53,642 nucleotides of DNA from Girardia tigrina (GCA_001938485.1 MQRK01223329.1:1-53642), one strand, 5' to 3'; counted from the first letter of the stretch, positions 39,601 to 52,185 are shown. The notes: generated from the letters alone by a model not told the origin. Made by a program: numbers and translations.

Positions 39601-40730
39601 ATGATAATTGAGAAGATAAATATAGAAATTGAAAATAATGTATGTAACCATTCAGTGCTTTTTATTCAGTTACAAAGCATTACACATAGTCCTTAAATAT
39701 TTTCGCTTATTGTCATTGAAAAATGATTTTTTTTACAAGAAAAGATAAAAACTAACTTGACAAAGAACTCGAATTAAAAATAGATATAAAGAAACCTTGG
39801 AACTTTATCGATGTTATGATATAAAGATATTTACACGTAAAAGAAGCCTTAGAATATTTTAATTCTCATAATTTGATAAACTAAATAGATGGTAAATATT
39901 AAATAAACATTTAAAATTTTTCAGAGCCCGTTCGGATTACCACAAAAGTCTTAGGAGGAAATTATGCTACACTGTTAACCACGGAAAAAATAATTGAATT
40001 GTTGATCTCAACTTTGGAAAAAATAGCAATTCTAAAATCTTAGTTTGTCCAAGAAAGAAATTGATAAGACGTAATATAAAATTATCATCTTTTGTGCAGT
40101 ACATGAATCATCCGAAAATTGATTAAATAAAATGTTCACTTTGATTATTATTATTCAAAGTTATTGAAAGTTATAATTAAATGAACAAAAAGAATCAGAT
40201 ACAGAAGAGGATGATGTAAACCTTTAAATAAAGAATTGAAATCTCAATTTCAAGAGGCTAGTTCAACAGCTAAGGATTCAATTTACAGTGAACCAGTAGG
40301 ATTGTCATCATCAATACAGAAATAACTTATATTTCTTGAAGTATCCTGTGAAAAGAGTCACAACTTTACATTATTAATTGATGCTTTTAAAACCGCAAAG
40401 CCAACATCAACAGACAATGAAATGACATTTTCCATAGCGAGCCGAGTTTGTACGAAAATTAAGAAAAGATTATCGGACGAAAATTTACGTATTATTGTTT
40501 TTCCTACATACTATTTTTTTAAACAAAATTTATTTCTTGAAACATATTTTAGTTGTTTAATTAATTCCTGTTTTATATGAATATTGTAATTTTTTAGTTG
40601 TTTGTATCCAATACATGTTTTTTCCTAAACTTTGTAAATTTTCTTTAAAATGTTCGTTACCGAAGTATTATACTTTTGTTGATTTATATTTTACCTGTAA
40701 ATGCAAATTTACGGAAATCGAGAAACTATA
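36700..40730 (+). mobile_element. hAT DNA transposon (BED finger-DDE-dimerisation), decayed, with internal insertion
   Basis: ALCNLCKKSIKCDGGSTSG (BED); RFSLSVNE; NDGAAVMEK; CLNHTFHLAV (CxxH); IDIKKPWN (TRWN-like); KPTSTDNEMTFS...RLSDENL (dimerisation); TACCGGTAA subterminal repeats. Ends are approximate. Confidence 0.85.
38311..39470 (-). pseudogene. Inserted host-gene fragment (multi-pass membrane protein 5' part plus AT-rich upstream flank)
   Basis: About 3 hydrophobic segments (SIFTIIYLLRGIFW; LMIYVLSELLLLSYLIISFV; ILIIVRLVVALIMILVTAVI); it interrupts the hAT ORF between LAVIKLL and YKVIKQ. Confidence 0.5.
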
Positions 40731-41819
40731 CAATCAAAACGAAAACTGAGCAACAAAATGTTAAGTCATTGTCAAATTATAACTATTTGAATTTATTGTA
40801 ATTAAGCCTACAAATTTTATACTTATCAAGTTGATAATATCAACCCTTCATTCACATAAACAACGTCTACAAAAAAAACAACTTTAATTATACGCATTAC
40901 TACAGTTATTATAAACACATCTTTAAACAATATAAATAAATTGATATAAATATAAATCGATATAATATAAAAAAAAATTATAATAACTATACAAAGATTT
41001 TTTTCTGAAGCCGATAGTTCATCTCATTTTTAATAAAAAATCTTTAAAAACTATAAATGTTTCAACTGTTACAGATGAATTTAATATTTTTCAAAATATG
41101 TTTATGTTTTAATTTAAATTTATGTTTATATTCTCTTTTATGTTTATTTAATTATTTACTCTTATTAGGTTTGTATAATATTTTATTATTAGTAGTTAAG
41201 GTATTTATGAAAATTTGAATTTGTATTTTTAATAAGTCAAATAGATAAAATTATTAACATTGGAAATCAAGATTATTTGTCGCTAATTAGGTTTATTGTT
41301 AGTAAAAATAAATTATCATTCTTCAATTACATTTGTATTTGATAATATATGTTTGACGTTTGACGATTTGGTTAGATAAATATCTAGTTTCGTTTTGTGT
41401 TTAAAATAATATTTTATATTATTGTTGTACCTTATTTATCTAATTTGGTTTTATAAAAGAAAGTTCAATTAAATAAAAAAATATTTTCTTAGTTTAACTT
41501 TCTTGCTTCTAAAAACAAATTTTTATTTTGTATTATAGAAGTAACTACTATAATTTATAATAAATAATAATAATAATAATAAATGACCTAGTAATTATTT
41601 CTATAATACCCGGTCTGTTAATACCGAGGTCGTTTCATTTTACGTATTTTTTGTTTTATATTTTAATTACTATATTTTTTGTTGCTTTTTTTTATAATTT
41701 TTTATTATTTCATTTTGTTTTTATTTTATTTATTTATTTTTTTGTCATTTCATTTTTATATTTTTGTTTTTTTGATATTTTTACTTTTTTTGTTATTTTA
41801 TTTTTCATTAGATTATAAC

Positions 41820-43420
41820 GTTTTTACGAGTAAGAAAGGAGAGTTATGGCACGCAAAAATGTGATTCGGTCAGAATGAATAATTGTTTTAACTGCTCTAT
41901 TCAATGTCTTACAAAATTGTGTATTTTTTGAGTAGGCGTTGACTTCTTGAAATGCTTTGTAAGAACTCACCAACTGTATAGATATATCTTTCCTTAGAAC
42001 ATCCAAAACACCACATTGCAGGATGTTGACTCAAAAAATAGCCTCAAGAGAACTATACCATTCTTCACAGATATTATTGGTTTTTGCTATGGCTTGAATT
42101 TACATTATCATTGTAAGATTAACAACCAGTTAAACAAAACTTGTTGTTGTTAATTTTTTAATTTTCGGAAATAAGAATTTTGGATTTTTAAAAATTTCGA
42201 ATTATAATCGAAATTAGAAAAATATTGGAAAATAAATTAAAAAAAGGAAAATAAAAAAATAAAAATTTGTTTTAATAACAAATTTAACCTTTTATAGTTT
42301 TAAATTTTGAAAATCTTAATTTCTTTTGATTTAGAATAGAAGTGAATTCCCAATCTAACAATCATGTTTATTCCAGGTTTCTAGAGAAAAAATAGCTGGA
42401 AGATAGTTATCTACGCACCCGCAAATATACGTATGTTCAACGTTAGTAACAAGCTCATTAGTATTAGTAAACATAATTTCGAAGATGAAAAAGAGGAAAA
42501 AACCTTTTTTGATGCAAGTGAAAAAGGATTCATTGAGATTCAACACTTGAGATGTGCCTAAAATTCTCTACAGCTTTCAATCAACTCTGTTATAAAGTAA
42601 TTATTAATTTTATTATTTAAATTTTTTAAATATTTTTAAAAGCGAATTTGAAGTGCTTGATAATGCAAGAATTGTTGACATACTTTTGCGAACTACTGTT
42701 TATCTAATGTTCATTCATACAAAAATGTTTAAAAGCTCGGTACTGTGACTTGCTGGGTATCAAATTATTTTATAATTGATTATTTTCAAAAGAATATTTT
42801 ACCTAAGTTCTGTATTGAAGCATGCTTACAAGTTGACAGTCAGTCTACAAGAACGAAGTTTACTTCTCTCAGAGTCGTTTATCAAATGGCATGAATACTT
42901 CGATGACTGGAAAAATAATGATTCTCCAGTTTTTGCAAGATTATTAGAAAAAAGACTAATGAAAGTAGGGTATTTCAATTTAAAATTTTCCATTTCAGTG
43001 AGCATTGTTTGGAAATCCTCGTCTTAAAAGTATTCTGTATCAAATCCAAATTAATTGTACCAAGGGATATTTAAAAAACAATTTCTGAAAAAAATAATCA
43101 TCACGAAATTGAGACAACCCAATTCAATGCAGCTACCCAAAAATCAAGCCGAAGTTTCCTTAAGAGGTTTCTGTAAAACCATTTAGTATAAGAGTTTCTA
43201 GGATATAGAATTCAAATACTGTCAACAACCACCGGAACCATTGACAATCAACTCAATCCTCAACTATCTAAGCTGCGTACTGCCTCATTGGCGATTTCAG
43301 CATCTCAAGTAACAGATGAGTCACTATTTAGCGATACGAAATTCATTATAAATCCTTTGAGGACGAATTTATGCTCCCAGGCGGTACCAGAACTCTTAAT
43401 AGTGAAAAATAATGTAGACT
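41820..43420 (+). mobile_element. Second decayed hAT transposase
   Basis: LKHAYKLTVSLQERSLLLSESFIKW; dimerisation domain LAISASQVTDESLFS.TKFIINPLRTNL...LLIVKNN; about 75 bp is re-copied at about 44262-44335. Confidence 0.7.
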
Positions 43421-43639
43421 TATTAAGAAGTATTCATTTTAATATTTTTTTATTGCCATTAAATGTTGACTGGAGCGGAAAAAGGCATAGATCGAACAGT
43501 GTTTGAAGGAATCTTAGTCAGGAAGGTCAATAGAGAATTTTGCCTCTCCAAGTCAATAATATATAGGTATTTCTATTTAGGTGTAGATGAAACATATATT
43601 ATTAAAATAATTTTTAAACACTAAAAGTTTTCTATCAAA

Positions 43640-44161
43640 TGGGATTCAATTTACTCTGATCATCATCAGCTATTAATAAAAACCATTTTTGGTAAATATC
43701 GAACAAAACCTCCCATTTTTTAAAAACTGTTCATTACAGTTTTTGATTCCAGAGTGAGCACCCATCTCGAAGATAATTATTGCCATTTTTGAAGATTCCA
43801 TCTATCTATTTTATCGTCAAAGCGAAAATCGAATCGAAAACTTGGTTTAAATGAAATCGTGCCCACTATTACATATCAGTAAAAATTGCGTATTTCAATT
43901 TCAAATCGATGTGACAAACTCTTTCATCTGAGACTGGTCCCTGTCGATTCCAATGAGTTTCAGTGCCAACGGAACTAATTCTCTTGTAAATTGTCCAATT
44001 CCACAACCGACATCGATAATAACCAAAATGATTTTCAATTTCAAAATTTTTATTTAACAATCTCCAATAATCTTTCTGACAATATCAGGCGAATATTCCA
44101 GTCGACTTCTTTACAATTTCGATTGAAATTCATTGTGTAAGAGTGGCGAGAAATCTTTCAT
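43640..44161 (-). pseudogene. Class I SAM-dependent methyltransferase (Methyltransf_11-like) pseudogene
   Basis: MKDFSPLL...RSRLEYSPDIV...IIDVGCGIGQFTRELVPLALKLIGIDRDQSQM (motif I GxGxG plus acidic motif II); multiple stops. Confidence 0.8.
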
Positions 44162-44714
44162 TTAAATTAATATTGTGGTATAAAATTCAATAATCAACAA
44201 AAATTAAATTTAAAAAAAGACTCGATCGAAATTCAAATTGTATTTTTACTAAACTAACGTTCTCTCAGATTAGTTTATCAAATGACATGAATGCCTCGAT
44301 GACTTGAAAAATAATAATTCTCCAGTTTTTGCAAAGCAACGATTTCGACAAACAAATTAAAAAAAATAGAATTTTCTCGATCATATACAAAAAAGTTATT
44401 TTAATACAAAAATTTATTATATATATTAATAATTCACCGGTCACCCTTGTATTTTAAAGAAAATTAATATCTACATGCGTGTATGTGTGTAAATTAGTCA
44501 TTGTATTAGATTAAAAATTTGTTTTTTATAGTTTTTTAATTAACTTTGTAAAATAATGGTAAATTAATATATTTGTGAATTTGTTTAAAATAAACAATTA
44601 GATATTTTGTGCTGCCATTTCTTTTTACAAAATTGAATTATCGATCGAGGTAAATTTTGACCCTGACCAATCGACGTGTTCCAGATCGATATTCACTGAT
44701 AAAAGAATCGATCG

Positions 44715-45480
44715 ACTATGAAAGAATTCTATATGAAATTGTTAAATATCGAGCTTATTTCTAGCGATTTTCACGTGTTAGTTCCTTGATTCAATTTTGA
44801 AAGAATTCTACACGAAATTGTTAAGTATCGAGCTGATTTCTCATGATTATCGTCTGTATGAGTTCCGCGATTTATTAAAAGACAATCAAAATTTTGCAAT
44901 TTGAGTGAATGGTACCGAGAAGCAAGGGAGTTCACGGACTGAATATCAAGTGTCTGGTGGTCTCTCTAGGTTTGTGCGATGGGGTACAAATTATTCGCTT
45001 CATTAATGACCGGTCTATTCTCAAAAGATGAGGTCTTCATAAAGTTACCGAAAGGTTCTCATGTTAACTGTCTTTTTGGATACTGATGGATTAATTCTGA
45101 CAGATCTTGTTGAAATCATGTTCAAATCAACAGTTCCTACTATTCTAATCTCGTATAATAAACCAGAAAACTCCAAAGAAAAGCAGAATGTGGTTATTTA
45201 CAAGACAACGCCCCTAATTACATAGACTGAGTGCTAATGAAGATAAATGATTGGTGTGGATTAAAATTGCTACATATCCTCCATCTATTCCGGATGCAGC
45301 ACTATCGGACTTCTACTTTTAATGAATCTTAAATGAATCTTGTTAGGTCAGAAATTCGCCTTTAAAGATAAGAAAGGTAGATTGATGCAATTTTCTATCG
45401 TTATTTTTTTCAGTTCTTAAAAATCGCCTTTGAAAACAGTCACATACTCTAAAATTTTGTTGATAAAAAAGGAAATTATT
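44715..45480 (+). mobile_element. Decayed mariner with a 5' tandem duplication of about 78 bp
   Basis: EIVKYRA, VRW, MLTVFLDTDGLIL, LQDNAP and PDAALSDFYF motifs. Confidence 0.75.
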
Positions 45481-45549
45481 TTGATAAATAAACCCATCAT
45501 GACTTCTTTGTTGCAAATACAAAATTATATTTAGCTTTACCTTTTTTTT

Positions 45550-46080
45550 GTTTTCTACAAGTGTCACTACTTATTGGCGATGGAGGTGGTTCTACTGGAT
45601 CGACTGTGTTCAACAATTTTGGTTCGAAGATGACGCTTTGTCTCTCCAGTGTACAAACTTCGACTTGTGGATTTTAAAGTCATAAACTAGGTTTGCTTGC
45701 CCAATTGAAGAGAAACTCTAAACTTTATTAGTAGTAAAAATGCTATCAATTTAAAATTATCAAAGTTCTTTTCATGACTTATTTTTCGAAATCAATTACC
45801 CCACGAAGAACATCTCAAATAAATTTCTGTCTTTTTGAGTCCCACAAGTACATGTCATATTAAGTTATAATACATTGATAAAGTTTAAAAAAGGTTCAAT
45901 ATTATTTTTATTGTTAAAAATAAAACATGTAATCTACATAAAAAATAAAAGCATTTTCCTGACATAAGACAAATTTCTCTCTAAGTTCTGTAAGGAAATT
46001 TATTCCTTTAATGATGCTAATAGAAAAACCATTGCAACTCCATCGGTTCACATTGTTATTGAACTTTTATACAGAATTCT
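45550..46080 (-). mobile_element. Penelope-like retroelement fragment (GIY-YIG endonuclease)
   Basis: SNLVYDF..SRSLYTGETKRHLRTKIVEH matches the PLE VY..C..C...YIGET.R.L..R..EH motif. Confidence 0.7.
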
Positions 46081-46098
46081 AAAATGTTCCACTTAGAT

Positions 46099-46489
46099 TA
46101 GGGTTGCCATCAACTAACAACAAAAAGTAAGGACACTTTCGAAATACAAATGGGTGGCTACCCAATCTTTACACCTCGCCCCCCAGCCTGTAGAGAAGGG
46201 TAGGTACATTACTGTCCACATATTTTAGTGAAAAAGGTGAATCGTACTAAATTTAATGAAAGTTTTAATTAAGTCTGACTTCATTTTGATTACAAGATTT
46301 CAATCCCACAAACTAACAGAAATTATTGGATTCCAATGTTGAATATGTTTATCCTCTCTTAATGTTAATATTAATGAGTGTGAAGTTCCCACAAATTTGT
46401 GCGAAAAGAAAACAAATTTTCTAAAAGAGGTTGGGTCAATAATTTTCAACAACAGAGAAAGGACATAGTAAGGAAGGGTGGCAACCCTA
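46099..46489. mobile_element. hAT-family MITE
   Basis: TIRs TAGGGTTGCCA / TGGCAACCCTA; 8-bp TSD ACTTAGAT / ATTTAGAT (7/8). Confidence 0.85.
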
Positions 46490-46744
46490 ATTTAGATTCA
46501 TTGGTACATGCAAATAAACATAAACTATTATTTAGATTATGAATTTTAATCAATAGGTTATAGTGCTTAGTTAAAAGTACTACTAATAATGTGAATCCAA
46601 TTTAGTGTAAATTATAGAAAACTTAGTTTTCTGGATTAAAATTTTACAAAAATGTATATTATATTGAATTTTTTGTATGATTTTTGTTGTAAAAGATTAT
46701 CGTGAATCTGGAAAATTCCAGAAAATCTTTTAATTATATGTATC

Positions 46745-46757
46745 GTTGCTTAGCAAC
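46745..46757. promoter_or_regulatory. RFX X-box
   Basis: GTTGCTTAGCAAC near-palindrome, 35 nt upstream of an ATG at 46793. Confidence 0.55.
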
Positions 46758-47729
46758 GTGTTGTTGAAATGTTTAAAAAAGAGTTTTTAAAAATGGATTT
46801 TCGAGTCTTGAATTTTAATTCAGTAAACGGTCTAATTCTCACTAGAAAAGTCTCAATACCATCTTTGTGATACCGGAAGAAAGTTTTAACAAAAAATGAT
46901 TTTGAAAATTATTTATGCTCGTAAATTTTGACCCAAAAATCCCAAAATTGAAATTCAATGAAATGGAATTAGTTTAAAATAAAATGAAGTCGAATTCTCA
47001 AACACCGCTCGTTAATGAGTTGTGTTAATTTAATTTTGTCGGATTCTAATTATTATAAATTGTAACTCAAACGACTGTTTGAGGAACGATTAAATATAAT
47101 TTAAGAAATTCATTTTCATGGATGAAAGAGGCAGATAAGTGTTTTAAAGCGGTTAATTTTTCGATTCGTTATATTGGGAAGCATCGTACCAGCACATCTA
47201 AAATTGTAATTGATTATGATTTGTGTCACAATGGAAAATGCCAAGGATTAATCACTTCGAAATTTAAATTCGAATAATTATCATATTTGTATTATAACTA
47301 TTTATAAGCCTCATCAATCCTCCTTCCAAAACAAATTTAAATAGACATTATAATCGACTGATATATTTAAATGACAACCGCTAATATCTTTTATATGGTT
47401 TTGTTTTTCACTTTTTTGTATGTAAAACTATATGAAGAATTAATATGATTAAAAGTAAATAAAATAATAACATAAATAAATTTGAAAAAAATTTAATTAT
47501 TCAGTAGATAAATGAAAACTTTTTTGAATGACTCATTGAGTCATAATGTTACTTCGATTCGGTTACTAAGTGGTGTTAAAGTGTGTGTATCGGAGTCATT
47601 ATTGAACGAGAGATAGCCAGCGCCAGTGTGCCAGTATGTGTGTTCGAATTGAGAGGTTTGATTTTCACTTTGTTAAGTTTTTGTAAAGTCTAACATTAAT
47701 TTGATTGTTTTTCTTTTAAAAGCAATAAA

Positions 47730-48070
47730 TATATATAGATATATATAAGAAGTGGGAAAATGTATGTTCGTTACCACCCTCACCAACGGTTCCAGTTACC
47801 ATAGCAACGGTCACGGTTACCATGGCAGCGTTTCTGATTGGTTCCGATCACCTTGATAACAGTTCCTGTTCACTTAACAACGCTTCTGATAGGTTCCCGG
47901 TTCCAGAGTAATGCAAATGTGCTAAGTCAATCAAAATCAAGTTCCAAATGTGCAAATCAACATTGCAAAAAGTCAATAAAAATGTGCAAAAATCAATTAA
48001 AATGAGCAAAAATCAGACGGGTCCCATGTCATTAACCTAGGCGGCAAAGGTCGCGATCACCCTAGCCTAG
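47730..48070 (+). mobile_element. Helitron-like non-autonomous module
   Basis: 5' ATATATATAAGAAG..TGTATGTTCG start; 3' hairpin GCGGC-AAAG-GTCGC (48041-48054) 12 nt before CTAG|T (48067-48071); internal short repeats. Confidence 0.5.
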
Positions 48071-48748
48071 TCAGAAACGCTTTTGATTGGTTACTGGTTT
48101 ATTTAAGAATATTTAATTGTTCTAAGAAGAATAAATTTTATTCCAAATTCCATAGAATTTATTTTGTTCTAAAAGAATATTATTTTGTTCTAAAAGAATA
48201 TTATTTTATTCTAAGAATATTTAATTGTTGTAAGAAATATTAAAAATATATATATATATAAATATAATTTCATTTTTTTATACAGAAAAATAAGAGAAAA
48301 ATATTATGTAACATTTAAGAATTAAAGACGATATTAAGAAAGAAGCAAGAAAGTTAAAAAGATACAAGTTATATAAGAGATTGCATAATTTACAAAATTA
48401 TAAATTAAAAAATAATATAAAACTACAACTTTATTGATCTAATCAATAGAATACTAGTTTTATAATGTTTTTTTAGAAAAGATAATAATTAAATAAGCAA
48501 ATAATAATAATAATAATATATTATACAAAAATCAATATAATTATAGTTTTATAATGTTTTTATATTTCATCAAAATTATCATAGACGATAATACATAAAT
48601 TCATAACTATTTCAATCAATGATATTATTTAAATTTTAAAATTAATTACTAGGAAATAAAATTCATTATATAAAAATATATATTATGAATATAAAATATA
48701 TTAAATACTAATATTGCTGAAATCACAATTAATAAATTATTTAAAAAA

Positions 48749-51374
48749 ATGACGCATTCAAATGAAAAACAAAGAAGTTACAAAAAAAGAACAAAAACAA
48801 TGCAAATCAAAGAAAAGCTAAGAAGGTATCAGTTATGTACGAACTTGACTATGATGCTGAACTATCGAGCCCCACATCAATCTCTACATGCTCAAGTGAC
48901 CGAATTAGTGCCCAACATAGAAGAAGCTTGGGCTCTATTAAATCAGGACGGGCTACTGATGGTAAATTTTTTTATCAAAAGACTCTTAATTTTTTTTTCA
49001 GTATCGCCTAGCTTTGGAGCAACGACTCCCCTTAGCATTAGACACAGTAATACAATATCAAATACTGATGTCTCTAATGTAACTCCGGCACCATCTTGAG
49101 CTACCAGAGGACCCAGGAACAAAAGAAAGTGTCCAGAACCAACAACAAATCATAACCAGCATGATAAGCGAGATAAAAGCACAGATGGGCCTAAATCGGC
49201 TCATGACGGACCTTCTGGAGAAAGTCCGTCATCTGACGGGAAGCGAAGGCGACTCGCTGTCCCGCAAACTATCCATAGTAAATATATTTTCGATAAATAA
49301 AAATATTTAATTTATATTTTCTGATGGACCGATATTTCCAGTCGGTCGAGGACCTAGAGGACGCAATTTCTACATGAATATCCCGCGTGAACTCTTCGAG
49401 AAATGTAAAATCATTTCTAAAATACGTTACTTAATGAATCACTAATTTGTTATGTTTAAAATATTATCATTCTGGTATTTTCTTTGACTTATTCATGTAA
49501 CAATTTATAATTTGATTTTTTTTTTTTGATTCGTGATTTTTATGATTTTTAATTATATGCATTTCATTGAAAATATAAAAATATTATAAATTATATTATT
49601 TAACAGATAATTTAGACCAAACTATAGAAGAGATAGCGTATTACGCTATCGGCCAACAAGAAATTAGCGAAACAGGCTGTGACAATATCGAACTTTTCAT
49701 AACCATACGTTACAATACGACAGAGTAACGTTACATTGAACTAGAAATGAGACTACGTTACTAGGGTTATTCAAGTTTTTTTTCGTTTTTCTATGCCTTA
49801 TATTGTGAAAGTTATTTTATATGAATATTTTATTTTTCCATTATTGATTTTTATATTATTTATTATGGTATTGCATGACGAATCTCCTTGTTTAGTGTTG
49901 GTTTATTCATTAAACGTTTGTTTGTTTATTATTATCCGATTGTGGAAAACGAAAAAAACGGAATTCGAATACTTTTGCAACATTACTGGAAAAAGGCTTC
50001 AATGTAGTTTCTGCAGCCCGGGAAGCATTTGAAGTAGAAGGCGAATGTACGGTTAGTGTTCGTGTATCACAATTGTGATTCAAGCATTCCTCAAGTGGTG
50101 ACGTCAATTTGGAAGACCAACCTCGCTCTGGGCGACCATCTGCTGATGATGATGACACTCTACGTCAAGCTGTGGAGGAACAGCCCTGTACCAGCAGGCG
50201 GAGATTATCAGCAGAGTTTGGTCCTTCAGCTTGACCTTGTCAATAGACGGTGTCGACAAATTCATCACGAACTGACAGCCACTCAAGCACAACAACGACT
50301 TGATCTTTACAAAGAATTGCTTGCTCCCCCAATGAGATGCGCTTCTTCAATAGGATCTTTACGAGGGATGAAAAGTGCATATTTTTCCGTTATCCCAAAA
50401 AGGAGAATCAGTGATTCTACCCTGGTATGCCCGCCCAACCAGTGATTAAACAAGGACTCTTTGATTGTAAAGTTATATTCTGTGTGTGGTGGAATTTTGA
50501 GGGAGTGATCCACTTCGAGCTGGTTCAGGAGGGGCGTACTGTGAATGCCAACCTCTACACTCAGAAGCTGGACAGAGTCTACGCCATTCTCTGTGAGCGT
50601 TACCCGGTATTGGTCAATCGCAACCGAGTTCTTCTACGACCAGTCACACACTGCCCGTTTGACTCGTGGTAAAGTGTAAGAGCTGCAGGCGATTGAAGCT
50701 TTACCACACCCTGCCTACAGCCCCGACCTTGACCCCAGCGACTACCACCTCTTTTGGACAATGGTGCATTTTCTCAAAGCGCGGCATTTCGATTGAGTAG
50801 AAGAGGTTGAGCAAGAGTGCCTCGATTTCTTTGCTTCAAAAACGAGAGTTGTATACCAATGGAAACGAGTAACTGGCTGAAAGATGGTAGAAGACCATCG
50901 GAAATAAAGGAAGAATAAATGTGTTCTGTTTAAATGCTTTGTTATTTTGCGAATATGACTCGTGGTAAAGTGTAAGAGCTGCAGGCGATTGAAGCTTTAC
51001 CACACCCTGCCTACAGCCCCGACCTTGACCCCAGCGACTACCACCTCTTTTGGACAATGGTGCATTTTCTCAAAGCGCGGCATTTCGATTGAGTAGAAGA
51101 GGTTGAGCAAGAGTGCCTCGATTTCTTTGCTTCAAAAACGACAGAGTGGTATACCAATGGAAACGAGTAACTGGCTGAAAGATGGTAGAAGACCATCGGA
51201 AATAAAGGAAGAATAAATGTGTTCTGTTTAAATGCTTTGTTATTTTGAAAATATAAATGGAAAAACGAAAAAACGTTTGAATCGCCCTAGTATAAAGTTT
51301 ATAAAAAAGGAGATGAACGGAGCAAAACAAATGCTTGTAATCAACAACTACGAGAAGGCACCCATCACATATAG
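48749..51374 (+). pseudogene. Spliced gene encoding a low-complexity N-terminus and a degenerate rolling-circle (CRESS-type HUH) Rep-like domain, interrupted by a mariner
   Basis: Three phase-1 GT-AG introns (48962-49001, 49278-49341, 49405-49606) keep one frame: ...GRNFYMNIPRELFEKYNLDQTIEEIAYYAIGQQEISETGCDNIELFITIRY...; the frame continues across the mariner TA site to RSKTNACNQQLREGTH. Stops at 49097 and 49726. Confidence 0.45.
49761..51290 (+). mobile_element. Full-length decayed mariner with a duplicated 3' region
   Basis: 32-bp TIRs 26/32 identical, TA TSD on both sides; LEDQPRSGRP, IHHELT, KVIFCVWWNFEGVIHFEL, HPAYSPDLDPSDYHLF; 50660-50949 is duplicated at 50956-51247. Confidence 0.93.
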
Positions 51375-52060
51375 CACACTATAGAGTCGATCGAGCATAA
51401 AAGTCACGCTAGAGAACGCGGTGATATTACGTCACATTAAATTAAATTCGAAAATTTTAATATTGCATTTTAAATGTATTTTAAATAATTATACTTTAAA
51501 ATTAAATTATTTTCAACTAGGAGGTATCAAACAAAATACCAATCAACCATCTGGGTAGGAGAGACACAATCCGAATCAAAATTAAACAAACAAAATGTAA
51601 AACAGCAAACAATTCTGAAAATTCCTCACATTAATAATTATTTAAAAAACGCTCAACAGGTACATTTTACTACTCCAGTTGTATTCGGTACTTCTTCTGA
51701 TTACTGATTGTTTTGACATACGCAATACGATACAAAATAATTTGTGCTCTTTCTCTTTTTACACGTATATATTATATAGTTTTATTTTAAAAATAAATAT
51801 GGAATATTTATTTTTCAGTAACAGTTTTATGAATGAAAATAAATAGACAAATAAATGGTAGTGTCACAGTGTAAAAGTAATTTCTGTATCTAAAAACACT
51901 GAAATGTGCAACAATTTAGAAATGAATTATATTTATTTTTATATTTACATTTTTTGTATGAAATATTTAAGTAAAAATAATACGTGATTTATAATTGAAT
52001 AACACAATAATTATTAGCAAATGAAAAACGTAATATATGAAATGAGAACCAGATTTTTAC

Positions 52061-52185
52061 CGCATTGTGTAGAGAGAGAAGCGCGGCAACCGTGCGGTGA
52101 CCCAACAGTTTTTATCAGTTTCCCTGACGAACCTCATAGCGCAATCCGATAACAGACTCAATCCACATATAGTTCCACCGCAAAA
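52061..52185 (-). CDS. ALKBH7: ALKBH7 penultimate coding exon (125 nt)
   Basis: TTCAG|FCGGTICGLSLLSDCAMRFVRETDKNCWVTARLPRFSLYTM-CG|GTAAAA matches ALKBH7 FCG.TIAGLSLLS..VMR...SLYI.R; the phase 2 donor fits the 25271 exon. The upstream exons (HVD motif) were not found in the window. Confidence 0.9.

Noticed and set aside
41679-41864. Phe/Leu-rich ORF that looks like a TM protein
   Set aside because: It is a translation of a T-rich low-complexity tract.
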